From an uncultured Acidobacteriota bacterium (GTDB taxonomy: Bacteria > Acidobacteriota > Polarisedimenticolia > J045): 61,447 nucleotides of DNA. Below, one piece after another: positions 37,183 through 49,786 of the stretch. The position numbers were made by a program, and so were the translations under genes. Each line of letters opens with the position of its first letter. Within the stretch, counting starts at the first letter, position 1. Location of the stretch: assembly GCA_964582785.1 (NCBI GenBank), contig CAZOTT010000004.1, positions 1 through 61,447 on the forward strand, written 5' to 3'. The notes beneath the pieces were generated by a model. The model did not search any database and was not told the DNA's origin. It saw only the letters and a program-made list of their open reading frames with translations.

Positions 37183-39477
37183 GTGCCCTTGTCGTTCGTT
37201 CGCCCCCCTGTCGTCGCCCTTGTCCTTTCCCTGCTCCTCGCTCCCGCCATGGCGTTCCGCGACCCGGGTCCGGACGGCTCCCCGCCGCGGTTCGACCACA
37301 CCGCGTTCGCCGCCGGCCGGCTCGCGGATCCCGATCGGCGCCCGTCCATCGAGTCACGGGTCCGCTCCGCCTTCGGGCGGGATGCCGTGATCCACTGGAG
37401 CCCGGAGGGCGAGCGCCCCCACTTCGTGTGGCGCCCCGCGGGTCTCCTGGCCCGCCTGCCCGACCCGGGGAAGACCCTGGAGACCCGGGTCCGGGAATTC
37501 CTGCTGCGCTACCGGGAGGCCCTGGGGTTGACCGCCCCCGAGGTGGACGCCCTGGAACTTTCCGCCGTCCAGGTGACCGCGAACGGAACCGCGCGCCGCC
37601 TCACGTTCCGGCAGCGGGTGGGGAAGATCCCGGTCTTCCGCGGCCAGGTGCGGGTCACCGTGGACCGGGAAGACGGGGTGATCGCCATCGGGGGCCCGTG
37701 GCATCCCGGCCTCCGCGCTCCCCGGCCGGCCGCCCTGGGGGCCGCCGAGGCCCTGGCGATCGCCTCCCGCGGCCTGGGCCTGTCGGGCGACGTGCCGGAC
37801 CCGGTCCGGGAAGAGCCGGGCGGGGACCGGCGGACCATCTTTCCCGCCGGCGGAGAGTACGCCGAGGCCCCGGTCGTCCGGCTGGTGGTGCTGCCGGAGG
37901 GAGCCGGCGCCTCCCGCCTCGCCTGGGAAGTCCGGCTGATGGAAGCGGTCTCCGGCCGGGACGACCTGTGGCGGGTGCTGGTGGACGCCGTGGACGGAAC
38001 GGAGTTGCTCCGGGAGCGGACGACCCTGTACGTGGCCGACCCGGCCGACGCCACCGGCCTCGTCTTCGAGAAGACGCCGGAGGACGGTCCCCGGGTGGAG
38101 AAGTCCTTCGCGGGAGACCCGGTCGCGTCCCCCGCCCACTGGGTGGCCGCCGGCCAGACGTTCTCCCGGGGCAACAACGTGGCGGCGCGCCGTGACTGGG
38201 GCGGCAACAACCGGGACGAGACGAACCCGATGGCCGATGGCGGCAACGCGCTGCAGTTCGACTTCCCGTTCCTCGATACCTGGGCGACGGAGGGCCGGAT
38301 CGGTGACACCGACGCGGCGATCACCAACGCCTTCTGGCTGGGAAACCTGTACCACGACGTCTACTACCCGCTCGGTTTCGACGAGCCCTCCGGCAACTAC
38401 CAGGACGACAACTTCGGCCGGGGCGGGATCGGCGGGGACCACGTGAACGTGGACGTCCAGGACTCCTATTCCCTGTTCTTCATGCGGAACAACGCCAACT
38501 GGTCTCCCAGCGAGGACGGAACGCCGCCCCGCACCAACTACTTTCTCTGGACGAATCCCGACCGGGACGGGGCCTTCGACGCCACCGTCATCTGGCACGA
38601 GTTCACCCACGGCCTGTCCACCCGGCTGGTCGGTGGGCCGGCGACGATCTGCCTTTCGGGGCCCCAGCCCGGGGGCATGGGGGAGGGCTGGTCGGACTTC
38701 TTCGCCGTGTCGTACTTCTCCGGTCCCGACGAGGACCCCGCGGGGCCGGCGATCGTCGGCGCGTACGTGACCGGGAACCATGACCGTGGCATCCGCCGCT
38801 ACCCCTATCACCACGACAAGTCGATCGACCCCCTGACCTACGCGGATCTCTGCGACAACGGGACCTGCGAGGTCCACGACGAGGGAGAGATCTGGGCGAC
38901 GGTGCTGTGGGACGTGAGATACGAGCTGATCCAGCAGTACGGCTACGACGAGGGCCGCCAGCGGGCGGAACTGCTCGCCATCGACGGGATGAAGCTCTCG
39001 CCCTGCAACCCGAACATGGTCGAGGAGCGCGACGCCATCCTCCAGGCGGACCGGGAACGCTATGGCGGCGCGGACGAGTGCCTGCTCCGCCGGGCTTTTG
39101 CGCGCCGGGGACTCGGGGGTGACGCCTGGTCCGACGGCACGGGGGCGGACGCCGGGGCCGACTTCGCGGTCGGACGTCCCCTCGGGGCATCCCTCCGGTT
39201 CCCCGCCGGCGAGAAGGACCGGCTGACCTGGGACGCGGGGGAAGACGCGGTCTCCTGGCAGGTGGCCCGGGGCGACTTCGGCGCCGGCGCCGCCTCCGGT
39301 ACCTTCGACGACGCCGAGTGCCGGGGGGAAGTCGACGCCCCCTCGTGGACGGACGACGAAACCCCGGCCACGGGGGCGCGGTTCTACTACCTGGTCGCCG
39401 TGCGGGACGCGTGCGGGCTGTCCGGCTGGGGCCGGCGCTCGGACGGCACCCAGCGCACGGTGATTTCCTGCCCCTGA
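37183..39477 (+). CDS. M36 (fungalysin-like) secreted zinc metalloprotease with FTP propeptide and Cys-framed C-terminal module
   Basis: A signal-like VVALVLSLLLAPAMA and an FTP-like propeptide. HEFTHGLSTRL (HExxH) plus GEGWSDFFA and EGEIWA, characteristic of M36. The start is GTG 37183 or TTG 37189 after GGAGG. Confidence 0.85.
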   Translation: MPLSFVRPPVVALVLSLLLAPAMAFRDPGPDGSPPRFDHTAFAAGRLADPDRRPSIESRVRSAFGRDAVIHWSPEGERPHFVWRPAGLLARLPDPGKTLETRVREFLLRYREALGLTAPEVDALELSAVQVTANGTARRLTFRQRVGKIPVFRGQVRVTVDREDGVIAIGGPWHPGLRAPRPAALGAAEALAIASRGLGLSGDVPDPVREEPGGDRRTIFPAGGEYAEAPVVRLVVLPEGAGASRLAWEVRLMEAVSGRDDLWRVLVDAVDGTELLRERTTLYVADPADATGLVFEKTPEDGPRVEKSFAGDPVASPAHWVAAGQTFSRGNNVAARRDWGGNNRDETNPMADGGNALQFDFPFLDTWATEGRIGDTDAAITNAFWLGNLYHDVYYPLGFDEPSGNYQDDNFGRGGIGGDHVNVDVQDSYSLFFMRNNANWSPSEDGTPPRTNYFLWTNPDRDGAFDATVIWHEFTHGLSTRLVGGPATICLSGPQPGGMGEGWSDFFAVSYFSGPDEDPAGPAIVGAYVTGNHDRGIRRYPYHHDKSIDPLTYADLCDNGTCEVHDEGEIWATVLWDVRYELIQQYGYDEGRQRAELLAIDGMKLSPCNPNMVEERDAILQADRERYGGADECLLRRAFARRGLGGDAWSDGTGADAGADFAVGRPLGASLRFPAGEKDRLTWDAGEDAVSWQVARGDFGAGAASGTFDDAECRGEVDAPSWTDDETPATGARFYYLVAVRDACGLSGWGRRSDGTQRTVISCP

Positions 39478-39498
39478 CCCGGCCCCGGCAGGGCGCGG

Positions 39499-39563
39499 CG
39501 GGCGGGAGGACGGCGGGGATGCCGCGGTCCCCCCGCCCGGCGCCCGTTGCCCGGGCGAACGGG
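39499..39563. terminator. two GC-rich stem-loops between convergent genes (possible bidirectional terminator)
   Basis: cgggcggg (39499-39506) pairs with cccgcccg (39532-39539). cccgtt (39543-39548) pairs with aacggg (39558-39563). There is no U-tract, so function is uncertain. Confidence 0.25.
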
Positions 39564-39576
39564 AGGTGGGAAACGC

Positions 39577-44005
<4,429 letters not shown>

Positions 44006-44009
<4 letters not shown>

Positions 44010-44821
44010 GCGTTCTCCCGCTTCCGGACGGCGCAGCTCCACCAGCGGACGGGGTGGGTCTCTCCCGGGGCCACCCGGGCCAGCGCCGCGTCGATCCACG
44101 CGTCCCGCTCGGCCAGGGGCGCGACCGGGTAGAGCCGCCCGCCGAACGCCGGCAGCCGCACCAGGTCCGCGAGTTCCCGGGCGGGCACCTCCACGTCGTC
44201 CAGGCGTTCCCCGCACGGTTCGAGCCCTGCCTCCCGGGCGAGCGCCAGGAGGTCCTCCCGGCGCCGGACGGGCCCGGCGGGGGCCGGTTCCCGGTGAAAC
44301 CGGCGCTCTCCCTCCCGGGCCAGCGCCACCTGGAGGGGGGTCGGCGGGAGGTCCGGCACGTCACCCAGCTGGGCGGCGGGAACGTTCCAGGCGAAGCGGC
44401 CCCCGGGCCGCAGGACACGGGCGATCTCCCGGAAGCACTCCCCGAGGGGGACGAAGTGCCAGAGGGCGGCGGAGCAGGTTCCCCCGTCGAAGACCCGGTC
44501 CCGGAAGGGAAGCGCTCCCGGCCGGGTGACCACCGCCCCGGCCGCGCCCGGGGGAAGGCGGCAGAGCGCCACCCGCAGCATCTCCCGCGAGCCGTCCGCG
44601 AGGGCCAGGAGCAGGTCCGGACCTGCCCGGGCCAGCAGCCGCTCGGAGACGATCCCGGTCCCCGCCGCGAGGTCGAGGATCCGCTCGCCGGGCCGGGGGT
44701 CCACGAGGTCGACGAGCATCCCGGCCAGGAAGCGGTAGAGCACCCCTTCCGCCGCGATTTCCCCGTAGGCCTCCGCCGCGCGGGGATCGTCCCAGGAATC
44801 CGGCCCCGGCGAACCCCCCAC
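44006..44821 (-). CDS. class I SAM-dependent methyltransferase
   Basis: C-terminal 271 aa of ORF 44006..45730. ILDLAAGTG (motif I), LRPGGRF. The GTG start is approximate. Confidence 0.7.
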
Positions 44822-44826
44822 CGTGG

Positions 44827-45957
44827 TCAGGCGCGGCTCCCGGCCCAGGCCCGGGCGAGGAACTCCACGAGGTCGGCCGCGGCGACCAGGACGCCCGGGT
44901 CGAGGTTTTCCGGTACGTCCCGCCGGGTGTGGATCGCCAGGACCGCCGGCGAAACGCCCCCGCAGGTCAGCGTGACGACCCCCCGGCACACCCGCTCGAG
45001 CACCGTGGCGTCCGTTGCCGCGCCCGGCGGCAGGCACACCCGCCGGGCGGGGATGCCCGCCTCCGCCGCCCGTTTCAGCGTCCAGGCGACCGCCGGGCGG
45101 TGGCCGACGACCCCGACCGGGCCCGGCCCCCCCACCGACTCCAGGTTGATCACCAGGGTCTGCTCGAGATCCCACAGGAGGGCGTCCCTCCGGGCGAGGT
45201 TCCGGACCCCGGCGAGCATGTCCTCCTCGCCCCCGGTGAAGACGACGACGAGCTCGGTCCAGGGGGGCGGGTCCGCCACGAAGCGACGGGCGGCCTCCAG
45301 GGCGACGGCAAGGGAGCCGGCGTTGTCCAGGGCCCCCGGCGAGTCGTTGCCGAAGGAGAGCGCGGCCAGGCCGAGAAACGCCAGCGCCCCCGCCCCGGCC
45401 AGGAACCGGCCTGCGCCGTCGCCGGCCCCCTCGTCCGGCGAGAGCCAGGAAAGGAGCGTGCCCGCCAGCCCCGCCCCCCCGGCGGCGGCGAGGGCACCCC
45501 GCGCCAGGAGGGGCAGGTTCTGGGACTTCGTGTCGTGGTGGGCGACCAGGACCACCCGCCGGTCCGGTTCCTCGACGGGGAGGCGGGCGACCAGGTTCGC
45601 GGTCCCGGTTTCCTGCCGCCCGTGCTCGAACAGGGAATCGGCCCGCAGGAGGGAGCGCAGCAGGGAGAACCCCGCGGCGGCCGCGGTCCCGGAGGCGACG
45701 ATCTCCGGCGGCCGCTTCCGGCCGCGCCACCCCAGGGCGCAGGCCCCCGCCAGTGCGGCCATCGCCAGCCGGTAGACGAGGATCGGCCCCCCGCGGCGGT
45801 AGCGGACCTCGTCCTCGTCCACCTGGAGACCCGCCTCCCGGAGCAGCTCCCGCAGGCGGGCCCGGACCCGCTCGTCCCCGGGGCTCCCCGCCGCCCGGGG
45901 GACGGCGAGTTCCCGCACCGTCGCGAGCAGGTCGGGGATCTCGCGGTGCTCGTCCAT
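44827..45957 (-). CDS. M28-family peptidase with membrane-spanning insert
   Basis: 376 aa. VVLVAHHDTKS, GALDNAGS, FTGGEEDMLAG, ..HTRRD. Hydrophobic segments interrupt the fold. Confidence 0.7.
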   Translation of the reverse strand: MDEHREIPDLLATVRELAVPRAAGSPGDERVRARLRELLREAGLQVDEDEVRYRRGGPILVYRLAMAALAGACALGWRGRKRPPEIVASGTAAAAGFSLLRSLLRADSLFEHGRQETGTANLVARLPVEEPDRRVVLVAHHDTKSQNLPLLARGALAAAGGAGLAGTLLSWLSPDEGAGDGAGRFLAGAGALAFLGLAALSFGNDSPGALDNAGSLAVALEAARRFVADPPPWTELVVVFTGGEEDMLAGVRNLARRDALLWDLEQTLVINLESVGGPGPVGVVGHRPAVAWTLKRAAEAGIPARRVCLPPGAATDATVLERVCRGVVTLTCGGVSPAVLAIHTRRDVPENLDPGVLVAAADLVEFLARAWAGSRA

Positions 45958-46006
45958 GGTCGGCCTCCCTTTTTCCGGCCCGCCCGGGCCGGGTCCCGGG
46001 GAGAAG

Positions 46007-46474
46007 CTAGTGCTGGGCGCTCACCGTGACCTTCATCTTCTTCACCAGCGGGATCGCGTAGTTCAGGGTGATCCGCTGGATCCGGGCCTGCCCCGCCCGT
46101 CCCCGCCAGATCCGCTTCCGGAAGACGAACTCGTCGATGACCGCGTCGTTCCGGTCGAGGAGGGTGACCTGGACGTTCAGGGTCCAGGCCTGGTCGCCCG
46201 GGTTCTCGGCGAAGACGGTGTACCGGACCCAGGAGAACCGGGTCTCTCCCCCCGGCGGGGGCAGCAGCTCCCGGAGGAGCGGCTTCCGGTCCCGGACCAC
46301 CTGGATCGAGGTGACCCGCAGGTCCCCGACCTGGAGATCGAGGTTCACCGCCCGGTCGAGGGCGAACGGCACCGTCTTCGTGGCCACCAGGCCCGCCGCC
46401 GGGGCGGGCGCCGCCGCGGCGACCAGGCAGGCGAGAACAACCGGGACCAGGGTCGGGATGGTCGCGTGGCGCAT
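46007..46474 (-). CDS. small secreted hypothetical protein
   Basis: 155 aa from MRHATIPTLVPVVLACLVAAAAPAPA (signal). GGAGGAG lies upstream. Confidence 0.5.
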   Translation of the reverse strand: MRHATIPTLVPVVLACLVAAAAPAPAAGLVATKTVPFALDRAVNLDLQVGDLRVTSIQVVRDRKPLLRELLPPPGGETRFSWVRYTVFAENPGDQAWTLNVQVTLLDRNDAVIDEFVFRKRIWRGRAGQARIQRITLNYAIPLVKKMKVTVSAQH

Positions 46475-46626
46475 CGGGATCTCCTCCGTTCCGGACGGGC
46501 CCGGACGGGTCCGCGGCCGGCCGGAACCATGGTACCCCGCGGGCCGCGCCGGGCGAAACTGGACGCGCCCCGGGCGGATCCCTAGATTCGCCCCGAGGAA
46601 CGTGGCCCCGGCCATGGAGGAGACGC

Positions 46627-47499
46627 GTGAGCGAAGCGACGACGGACGCGACCCTCCACGAGCTGCGCCTGCTGCTCGAGGAGGAGATCGAGGCCGGGCG
46701 ACTTACGCTGCCGGTGATGCCCGACGTGGCCCTGCGGGCCCGGGAGGCCGCCGCCAGCGCGACGACCAGCGCGAAGGACCTGGCCCAGGTTCTCGAGGCC
46801 GACCCCGCCCTCGCCGCCCGCATCCTGAAGATGGCGAACTCGGCGATGTACGCCGGGCTCTCGGAAATCCGCGACCTCTCCCACGCGATCGTGCGCCTCG
46901 GGGCCGCGATGGTGGTCGCCGTGGTCGTCGGCGCCGCGGGCAAGGAGGTGTTCCGCACGAAAGAACCCTCGTTCCGGGCGCTCCTGCGGGAATCCTGGGA
47001 AGCCTCGGTCCACGCCGCCGCGGTCGCCCGCCTGCTCGCGGACCGGGCCGGCCTGCCCCGGGAGGAAGGACTCCTCGCCGGGCTCCTGCACGCCTCCGGG
47101 GACCCGATCCTCGTCCAGCTCATCGAGGACCTGGCGGCCCAGGGACGGATCGGCCGCCCCCCCGTCGAGACCGTCCGGGAGCTGCTCCGGCTGCTCGCCC
47201 CCCGGGCCGCGGTCCGGCTGCTTTCCAAGTGGGGCCTGCCCGAAGCGATCGTCCGGGCGATCGAGTACCAGCAGGCGCCGGGGGCGGCCCCGGAACCGTT
47301 CCGCAAGGCGGCCGCCCTCGTGACCCTGGCCGCCCTGACCGGGCACGGGTCGGTCGCCGGGGAGCCGGCGGACGAGCTCGCGCACACCCTCGGCTCTCAC
47401 CCGGCGGCCGGGCTGCTCCTTCTCGACGAGGAGGTGGCGCTGGATCTCCTCGAGCGGGCGCGGGAAGAGGGCCGCGAGATCGCCCGGGCGTTCACCTGA
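46627..47499 (+). CDS. HDOD-domain protein (copy 1)
   Basis: 290 aa. HDOD signature LPVMPDVALRAREAA..SAKDLAQVLEADPALAARILKMANSAMYAG..IRDLSHAIVRLG. The HD-equivalent position reads HASGDP. Confidence 0.8.
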   Translation: MSEATTDATLHELRLLLEEEIEAGRLTLPVMPDVALRAREAAASATTSAKDLAQVLEADPALAARILKMANSAMYAGLSEIRDLSHAIVRLGAAMVVAVVVGAAGKEVFRTKEPSFRALLRESWEASVHAAAVARLLADRAGLPREEGLLAGLLHASGDPILVQLIEDLAAQGRIGRPPVETVRELLRLLAPRAAVRLLSKWGLPEAIVRAIEYQQAPGAAPEPFRKAAALVTLAALTGHGSVAGEPADELAHTLGSHPAAGLLLLDEEVALDLLERAREEGREIARAFT

Positions 47500-47614
47500 T
47501 GGACGTTGGACGGGCGTTCAACTTTCGGGCCGACGGCCCTCAATGCGAGAAGGTTCCGGCCGATGAAGGATACCGGGGGGAACGGAAGGCGCCGGGCCCC
47601 GGGCAGGAGACCAG

Positions 47615-48184
47615 GATGCGAGACAGTCGAGGCTACACGCTGACCGAGATCATCGTGGCGGTGGCGGTGATCGCCATCCTCGCCGGCGCGATGACCCCCC
47701 TCATCTTCAAGCAGATCGAACGGTCCCGGGCCGCCCGCGCCCGCCAGGACCTGGACGCCGTCAAGGCCGCCTTCCTCCAGTACCGGGCCGACACCCAGTA
47801 CTGGCCCTGCAGCTGGGACGCCTCCACCAGCAACAACGTCAAGGGCTGGTTCACCGGCTACTACTGCCTCTACGAGGACGACCACCGCCACGGCTGGGAC
47901 GGCCCCTACCTCGACAGGTCCGGCGGCCAGGTCAACGGCCACTACCGCGCCGCCGTCTACCAGGACGGACAGTGGACCGGCGTCGTCGACCCCTGGGGAC
48001 GCCCCTACATGGTCTACGAGGCCAACACCTCCACCTCCGGCGCGGAGTACGGCGCCGTCGTCCTCTACTCCGTCGGCAAGAACGGCCGCGCCGATACCGC
48101 CGACGCCGACCTCCTCCAGGGGAACGCCTCCGGCGACGACGTCGTCGTCCTCGTCACCCGCCGCGCCGCGGACTGACGCCGCGG
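47615..48184 (+). repeat. 570-bp perfect direct repeat, copy A (covers pseudopilin ORF)
   Basis: Base-for-base identical to 49193..49762 by direct comparison. The six-frame peptides are identical in several frames. Confidence 0.95.
47616..48176 (+). CDS. GspG-like major pseudopilin (copy 1)
   Basis: 186 aa. Class III (prepilin) signal MRDSRG/YTLTEIIVAVAVIAILAG with Glu+5. GspG-like blocks LDAVKAAFLQYRADTQYWP and DPWGRPYMVY..SVGKNGRADT..DDV. Confidence 0.85.
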   Translation: MRDSRGYTLTEIIVAVAVIAILAGAMTPLIFKQIERSRAARARQDLDAVKAAFLQYRADTQYWPCSWDASTSNNVKGWFTGYYCLYEDDHRHGWDGPYLDRSGGQVNGHYRAAVYQDGQWTGVVDPWGRPYMVYEANTSTSGAEYGAVVLYSVGKNGRADTADADLLQGNASGDDVVVLVTRRAAD

Positions 48185-48207
48185 ACCCGGAGCACGGAGG
48201 GACCCGG

Positions 48208-49077
48208 ATGCCCAGCGGAATCGCGCACGTCGGCGAGCTGCTCCCGCGCCTGCGGGCGGCGATCGAGGCGGGGGAACTGACGATCCCGGTGATGCCGGAG
48301 ACGGCGATCCGGGTGCGGGAGGCGGCGGACGATCCGGCCACCACCGGCCGGGACATGGCCCGGATCCTCGAGGCGGACCCGGCCCTGGCCGCCCGGGTGC
48401 TGCGCCTCGCGAACTCGGCGCTCTACGCGGGACGGACCGAGATCAAGGACCTGACCCACGCGATCGTCCGCCTGGGGTCCTCCACGGTCGTGTCCCTGGT
48501 CGTCGGCGCCGCGGGCCAGGAGGTCTTCCGGTCCCAGGCGCCGGAAGCGGCGGCGATCCTCCACGACGCCTGGACCCGCTCCATCTACGCGGCGGCGATC
48601 GCCTCCCTTCTCTCGGACCGTTTCTACATTCCGCGGGAGGAGGGACTGATCGCCGGGCTGCTCCACGCCGCCGGCGAACCGATCCTCCTCCAGCTCGTCG
48701 AGGACCTGGTCGAGCGGGGAGACATCGAGCGACCGGATCCCGCGGACCTCAGGGACCTGCTCGCCGAGCTCGCGCCGGAAGCGGGAGTCCGCCTGCTGGA
48801 GGCGTGGGACATCCCCGGCCCGGTGGTCGCCGCGATCGCCCACCAGCGCGACCCGGCGGGGGCCGACGAGGTGGACCGCCACCGGGCGGCGATGGTCGCC
48901 CTGGCGGCCACCGGTGGCGCGGGGTTCCTGGCGGGGAAGCAGCCCCACGAGCTGGTGGGAGAACTGCTCGACCACCGGGGCAACGACATCCTCGGGCTCG
49001 ACCAGCTGACGATCGGGAGCCTCCTCGAAAAGGCGGTGGAGCACGGCCGGGAAATGGCCCGCGCGTTCTCGTCCTGA
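48208..49077 (+). CDS. HDOD-domain protein (copy 2, diverged paralog)
   Basis: 289 aa. IPVMPETAIRVREAA..GRDMARILEADPALAARVLRLANSALYAG..IKDLTHAIVRLG. Roughly half of its residues are identical to copy 1 by eye. Confidence 0.8.
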   Translation: MPSGIAHVGELLPRLRAAIEAGELTIPVMPETAIRVREAADDPATTGRDMARILEADPALAARVLRLANSALYAGRTEIKDLTHAIVRLGSSTVVSLVVGAAGQEVFRSQAPEAAAILHDAWTRSIYAAAIASLLSDRFYIPREEGLIAGLLHAAGEPILLQLVEDLVERGDIERPDPADLRDLLAELAPEAGVRLLEAWDIPGPVVAAIAHQRDPAGADEVDRHRAAMVALAATGGAGFLAGKQPHELVGELLDHRGNDILGLDQLTIGSLLEKAVEHGREMARAFSS

Positions 49078-49192
49078 CCCCTTCTCAAGAACCGGTACGG
49101 GCGTCCGATGAGGCGGGTGGAAGAGCCCGGGCGGGACCCGTGTCTCCCGGTGACCGGCGGAACGCCCGGGACGGACCCGGAGGAGAACGCGA

Positions 49193-49762
49193 GATGCGAG
49201 ACAGTCGAGGCTACACGCTGACCGAGATCATCGTGGCGGTGGCGGTGATCGCCATCCTCGCCGGCGCGATGACCCCCCTCATCTTCAAGCAGATCGAACG
49301 GTCCCGGGCCGCCCGCGCCCGCCAGGACCTGGACGCCGTCAAGGCCGCCTTCCTCCAGTACCGGGCCGACACCCAGTACTGGCCCTGCAGCTGGGACGCC
49401 TCCACCAGCAACAACGTCAAGGGCTGGTTCACCGGCTACTACTGCCTCTACGAGGACGACCACCGCCACGGCTGGGACGGCCCCTACCTCGACAGGTCCG
49501 GCGGCCAGGTCAACGGCCACTACCGCGCCGCCGTCTACCAGGACGGACAGTGGACCGGCGTCGTCGACCCCTGGGGACGCCCCTACATGGTCTACGAGGC
49601 CAACACCTCCACCTCCGGCGCGGAGTACGGCGCCGTCGTCCTCTACTCCGTCGGCAAGAACGGCCGCGCCGATACCGCCGACGCCGACCTCCTCCAGGGG
49701 AACGCCTCCGGCGACGACGTCGTCGTCCTCGTCACCCGCCGCGCCGCGGACTGACGCCGCGG
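49193..49762 (+). repeat. 570-bp perfect direct repeat, copy B
   Basis: Identical to 47615..48184, at an offset of 1578 bp. Confidence 0.95.
49194..49754 (+). CDS. GspG-like major pseudopilin (copy 2, identical)
   Basis: Same 186-aa product as 47616..48176. Confidence 0.85.
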   Translation: MRDSRGYTLTEIIVAVAVIAILAGAMTPLIFKQIERSRAARARQDLDAVKAAFLQYRADTQYWPCSWDASTSNNVKGWFTGYYCLYEDDHRHGWDGPYLDRSGGQVNGHYRAAVYQDGQWTGVVDPWGRPYMVYEANTSTSGAEYGAVVLYSVGKNGRADTADADLLQGNASGDDVVVLVTRRAAD

Positions 49763-49786
49763 GCGGACGCGCCGGGGAAGCGGCCG

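Noticed and set aside
47500-47615. Sigma-54 promoters upstream of the pilin genes and the first HDOD gene (46475-46626, 47500-47615, 49078-49193)
   Set aside because: Only weak GG-N10-GC matches were found (for example tggaagagcccgggcg at about 49118). None approaches the TGGCACG-N4-TTGC quality seen upstream of dps.
47615-49762. Whether the 570-bp repeats represent a CRISPR array, IS element ends or a transposon
   Set aside because: There are only two copies, each exactly one pilin ORF. There are no short spacer-repeat periodicity, no terminal inverted repeats, no target-site duplications and no transposase nearby.
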